A stretch of DNA of 64,000 bases from Macrostomum lignano (lineage: Eukaryota): assembly GCA_002269645.1 (NCBI GenBank), contig NIVC01000131.1, positions 1 to 64,000 on the forward strand, read 5' to 3'. This document shows positions 61,549 to 64,000 of the stretch, one piece after another (the stretch's first letter is position 1; every line of letters starts with the position of its first letter). A program made the position numbers and the translations under genes. The notes under the pieces were generated by a model. It was not told the DNA's origin, did no database searches, and saw only the letters and a program-made list of their open reading frames with translations.

Positions 61549-62745
61549 AGAGGCACCATTTCATTTGAGAAAGAGAGAGAGGCGCCATTTCATTTGAGAG
61601 GCGTTATTTAATTTGAGAGAGAGGCGCCATTTCATTTGAGAGGCGTTATTTAATTTGAGAGAGAGGCGCCATTTCATTTGAGAGAAGAGGCACCATTTCA
61701 TTTGAGAGGCGCCATTACATTTGAGAGGCGCCATTACATTTGAGAGAGAGGCGCCATTTCGTTTGAGAGAGAGGCGCCATTTCGTTTAAGAGAGAGAGGC
61801 GCCATTTCGTTTGAAAGAGAGAGCCGCAATTTCGTTTGAGAGAGAGGCGCCATTTCATTTTAGAGAGAGAGCCGCAATTTCGTTTGAGAGAGAAGCGCCA
61901 TTTCATTTGAGAGAGAGAGGCGCCATTTCATTTGAGAGAGAGGCGCCATTTCATCTGAAAAAGAGAAAGACATTTCATTTGTGTGAAATGCGCCATTTAA
62001 TTTGAGAGAGAGGCGCCATTTCATTTAAGATAGGCGCCATTTCATTTGAGAGAGGCGCCATTTCGTTTAAGATAGGCGCCATTTGATTTGAGAGAGGCGC
62101 CATTTCATTTAAGAAAGGCGCTATTTCATTTGAGAAAGAGGCGCCATTTTATCTGAGAGAGAGGCGCCATTCAATTTGAGAGAGAGGCGCCATTTCATTT
62201 GAGAGAGAGGCGCCTTATCATTTGTGAGAGAGAGGCGCCATATCATTTGAGAGAGAGGCGCCATTTTATTTGAGAGAGAGGCGCTATTTAATTTGAGAGA
62301 GAGGTGCCATTTCATTTGAGAGAGAGGCGCCATATCATTTGAGAGAGAGGCGCCATTTCATTTGAGAGAGAGGCGCCATTTTATTTGAGAGAGAGAGGCG
62401 CTATTTTTATTTGAGAGAGAGAGGCGCTATTTTTATTTGAGAGAGAGAGGCGCCATTTCATTTGAGAGAGAGGTGCCATTCAATTTGAGAGAGAGAGGCG
62501 CCATTTCATTTGAGAGAGAGAGGCGCCATATCATTTGAGAGAGAGGCGCCATTTCATTTGAGAGAGAGAGGCGCCATTTCATTTGAGAGAGAGGCGCCAT
62601 ATCATTTGAGAGAGAGGCGCTATTTCATTTGAGAGAGAGGCGCTATTTCATTTGAGAGAGAGGCGCCATATCATTTGAGAGAGAGGCGCTATTTCATTTG
62701 ATAGAGAGAGGCGCCATTTCGTTTGAGAGAGAGGCGCCATTTCAT
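61549..62745. repeat. Right half of the GAGGCGCCATTTCATTTGA(GA)n satellite
   Basis: About 50 copies with a variable (GA)n spacer. Confidence 0.94.
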
Positions 62746-62879
62746 TGTTTGAACCAAGGTGAAATCACTTTCACATTATCATGTTGAGCTTCGAGCATTG
62801 CAGTAGATATTAATTTCAGTAGTATCAAAGCGCATAAATATCAAATCTTGGACGAGAACGCTCCCCAGCCCGCACTCAC

Positions 62880-63091
62880 GCATCCAGATTGTCCACCGGC
62901 ACGCCCGCGCCGCCGGGGCCGCAGTAGTTGCCGTAGCCGATGTACGCGGCATAGTGATGGCCGGTGGTGGCGGAGATCATGTGACCCAGCTGGTCGATGC
63001 GCCTGCGCTGCCTGTTGAGCAGCTGGGCGGCATCAACGAATAGCAGCTGAGCCGACAATGCAAGCAGCAGCAAAGCGAATATCAACTTCAT
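62880..63091 (-). CDS. Secreted phospholipase A2 gene B, exon 1
   Basis: Signal peptide MKLIFALLLLALSAQLLFVDA; RQRR/RIDQLGHMI; YGNYCGPGGAG..VDNLD(A)|gtgagt. Confidence 0.9.
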
Positions 63092-63869
63092 TCTGCCTCG
63101 ATCCTGGCGTGCTAGCTAGAAATCAAATTAACAAAGGTGCAGCTGGCTTCCCGAAGTATTAAAAGTTTGATTCCGACACGTCCTAGTTGAACATTCCCTA
63201 GCTTTTATATCGATCCGAACTGAGTGCAGTCTGCTGGGAGATTCGCCTTATGGTCCTACAGGCTCAAAAGATAGGTCACGCACCTTAGGTGTTTGCGAAT
63301 TTTTTGCCACTTCTTCGTTGAAATTTTAGTTGTTTCTTTATATTCGACCATGCGGAGAACTGGCCCGGCACTACAGATACGATTGAGAATGCGGTGAATT
63401 AAAATGATTCAGCAAAATTGAAGGCAAATGCTTATTGACCTTTTGCACGAGTGCGAACGTGTATTATATATAGCTACATGTGATTCCTTGAATTAATTTA
63501 CTTGTACGAGTATAAATGTAAGCTAAATAAATGGTATGGGTTGTGCATTTTCAAGGCATTTTGGAGGCGCAAATAGACATTTGCGTATTCATACATGATG
63601 TGTAGAGATTATTTTTGTATTCCCAGCTTCAAATTTTGTGTCACATCTTTAATTTTTTCTGCTGGGGAAAGAGGTTGATTGGAAATTTCCGTCACGCATA
63701 TGTTCATTTGGTCTCTCTGCCTGCTTTCAGGAGTGCAACCGCACTGGCGTGAGCGAATATTTCTCTTTTATTTCTAGCGCTCGTAACATTTAGCTGATGC
63801 TTCAAACAGACAGGCCCTCAAATATTTTTGCAATATTTAAGAAGACTGTTACGTCCTGATACAACGGTA

Positions 63870-64000
63870 ACTTCTAGTGGTCCTTGCCTGGGTGAAGCTG
63901 GACAGATAGGCAGACTTGGCGATCGGTAATTCTTCAGAAATTCTTCACCAGGCGGCCATCAGCCGGCAAAGGCGCATTGAAGTCACCGACAACGAAAACA
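63870..64000 (-). mobile_element. LINE APE-endonuclease fragment running off the window end
   Basis: Minus-strand reading VFVVGDFNAPLPADGRLVKNF* contains the GDFNA motif. Confidence 0.45.

Overview
Eukaryotic animal genomic DNA with spliced genes (GT-AG introns), very dense in minisatellites (about 25 unrelated arrays) and transposons. The composition resembles a free-living flatworm such as Macrostomum; this is an inference. Host genes: TMEM222 (4 exons, +), MGME1 (2 exons, +, first exon has no ATG), an intronless synaptotagmin-1 (+), two tandem 3-exon secreted phospholipase A2 genes (-), and a few low-confidence ORFs. Mobile DNA: a full-length Chapaev-type (CMC) DNA transposon with a RAG1-like transposase, about 218-bp TIRs and a 4-bp TSD, inserted in an otherwise intact FLYWCH-MULE transposase gene; two RNase H-bearing LINEs; RTE-like LINE fragments; Gypsy remnants; two hAT-type MITEs with 8-bp TSDs; a tRNA-derived SINE; and a fold-back element with telomeric repeats in its loop. 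Most notable: (1) the RAG1-like transposon ends resemble a 23-RSS (CACAGCG, 23 bp, AAAAAAATC); (2) MGME1 probably gets its initiator Met from a flatworm spliced-leader AUG; (3) the PLA2 pair carries C-terminal amphipathic helical tails. No host gene could be assigned in 1-14.8 kb.
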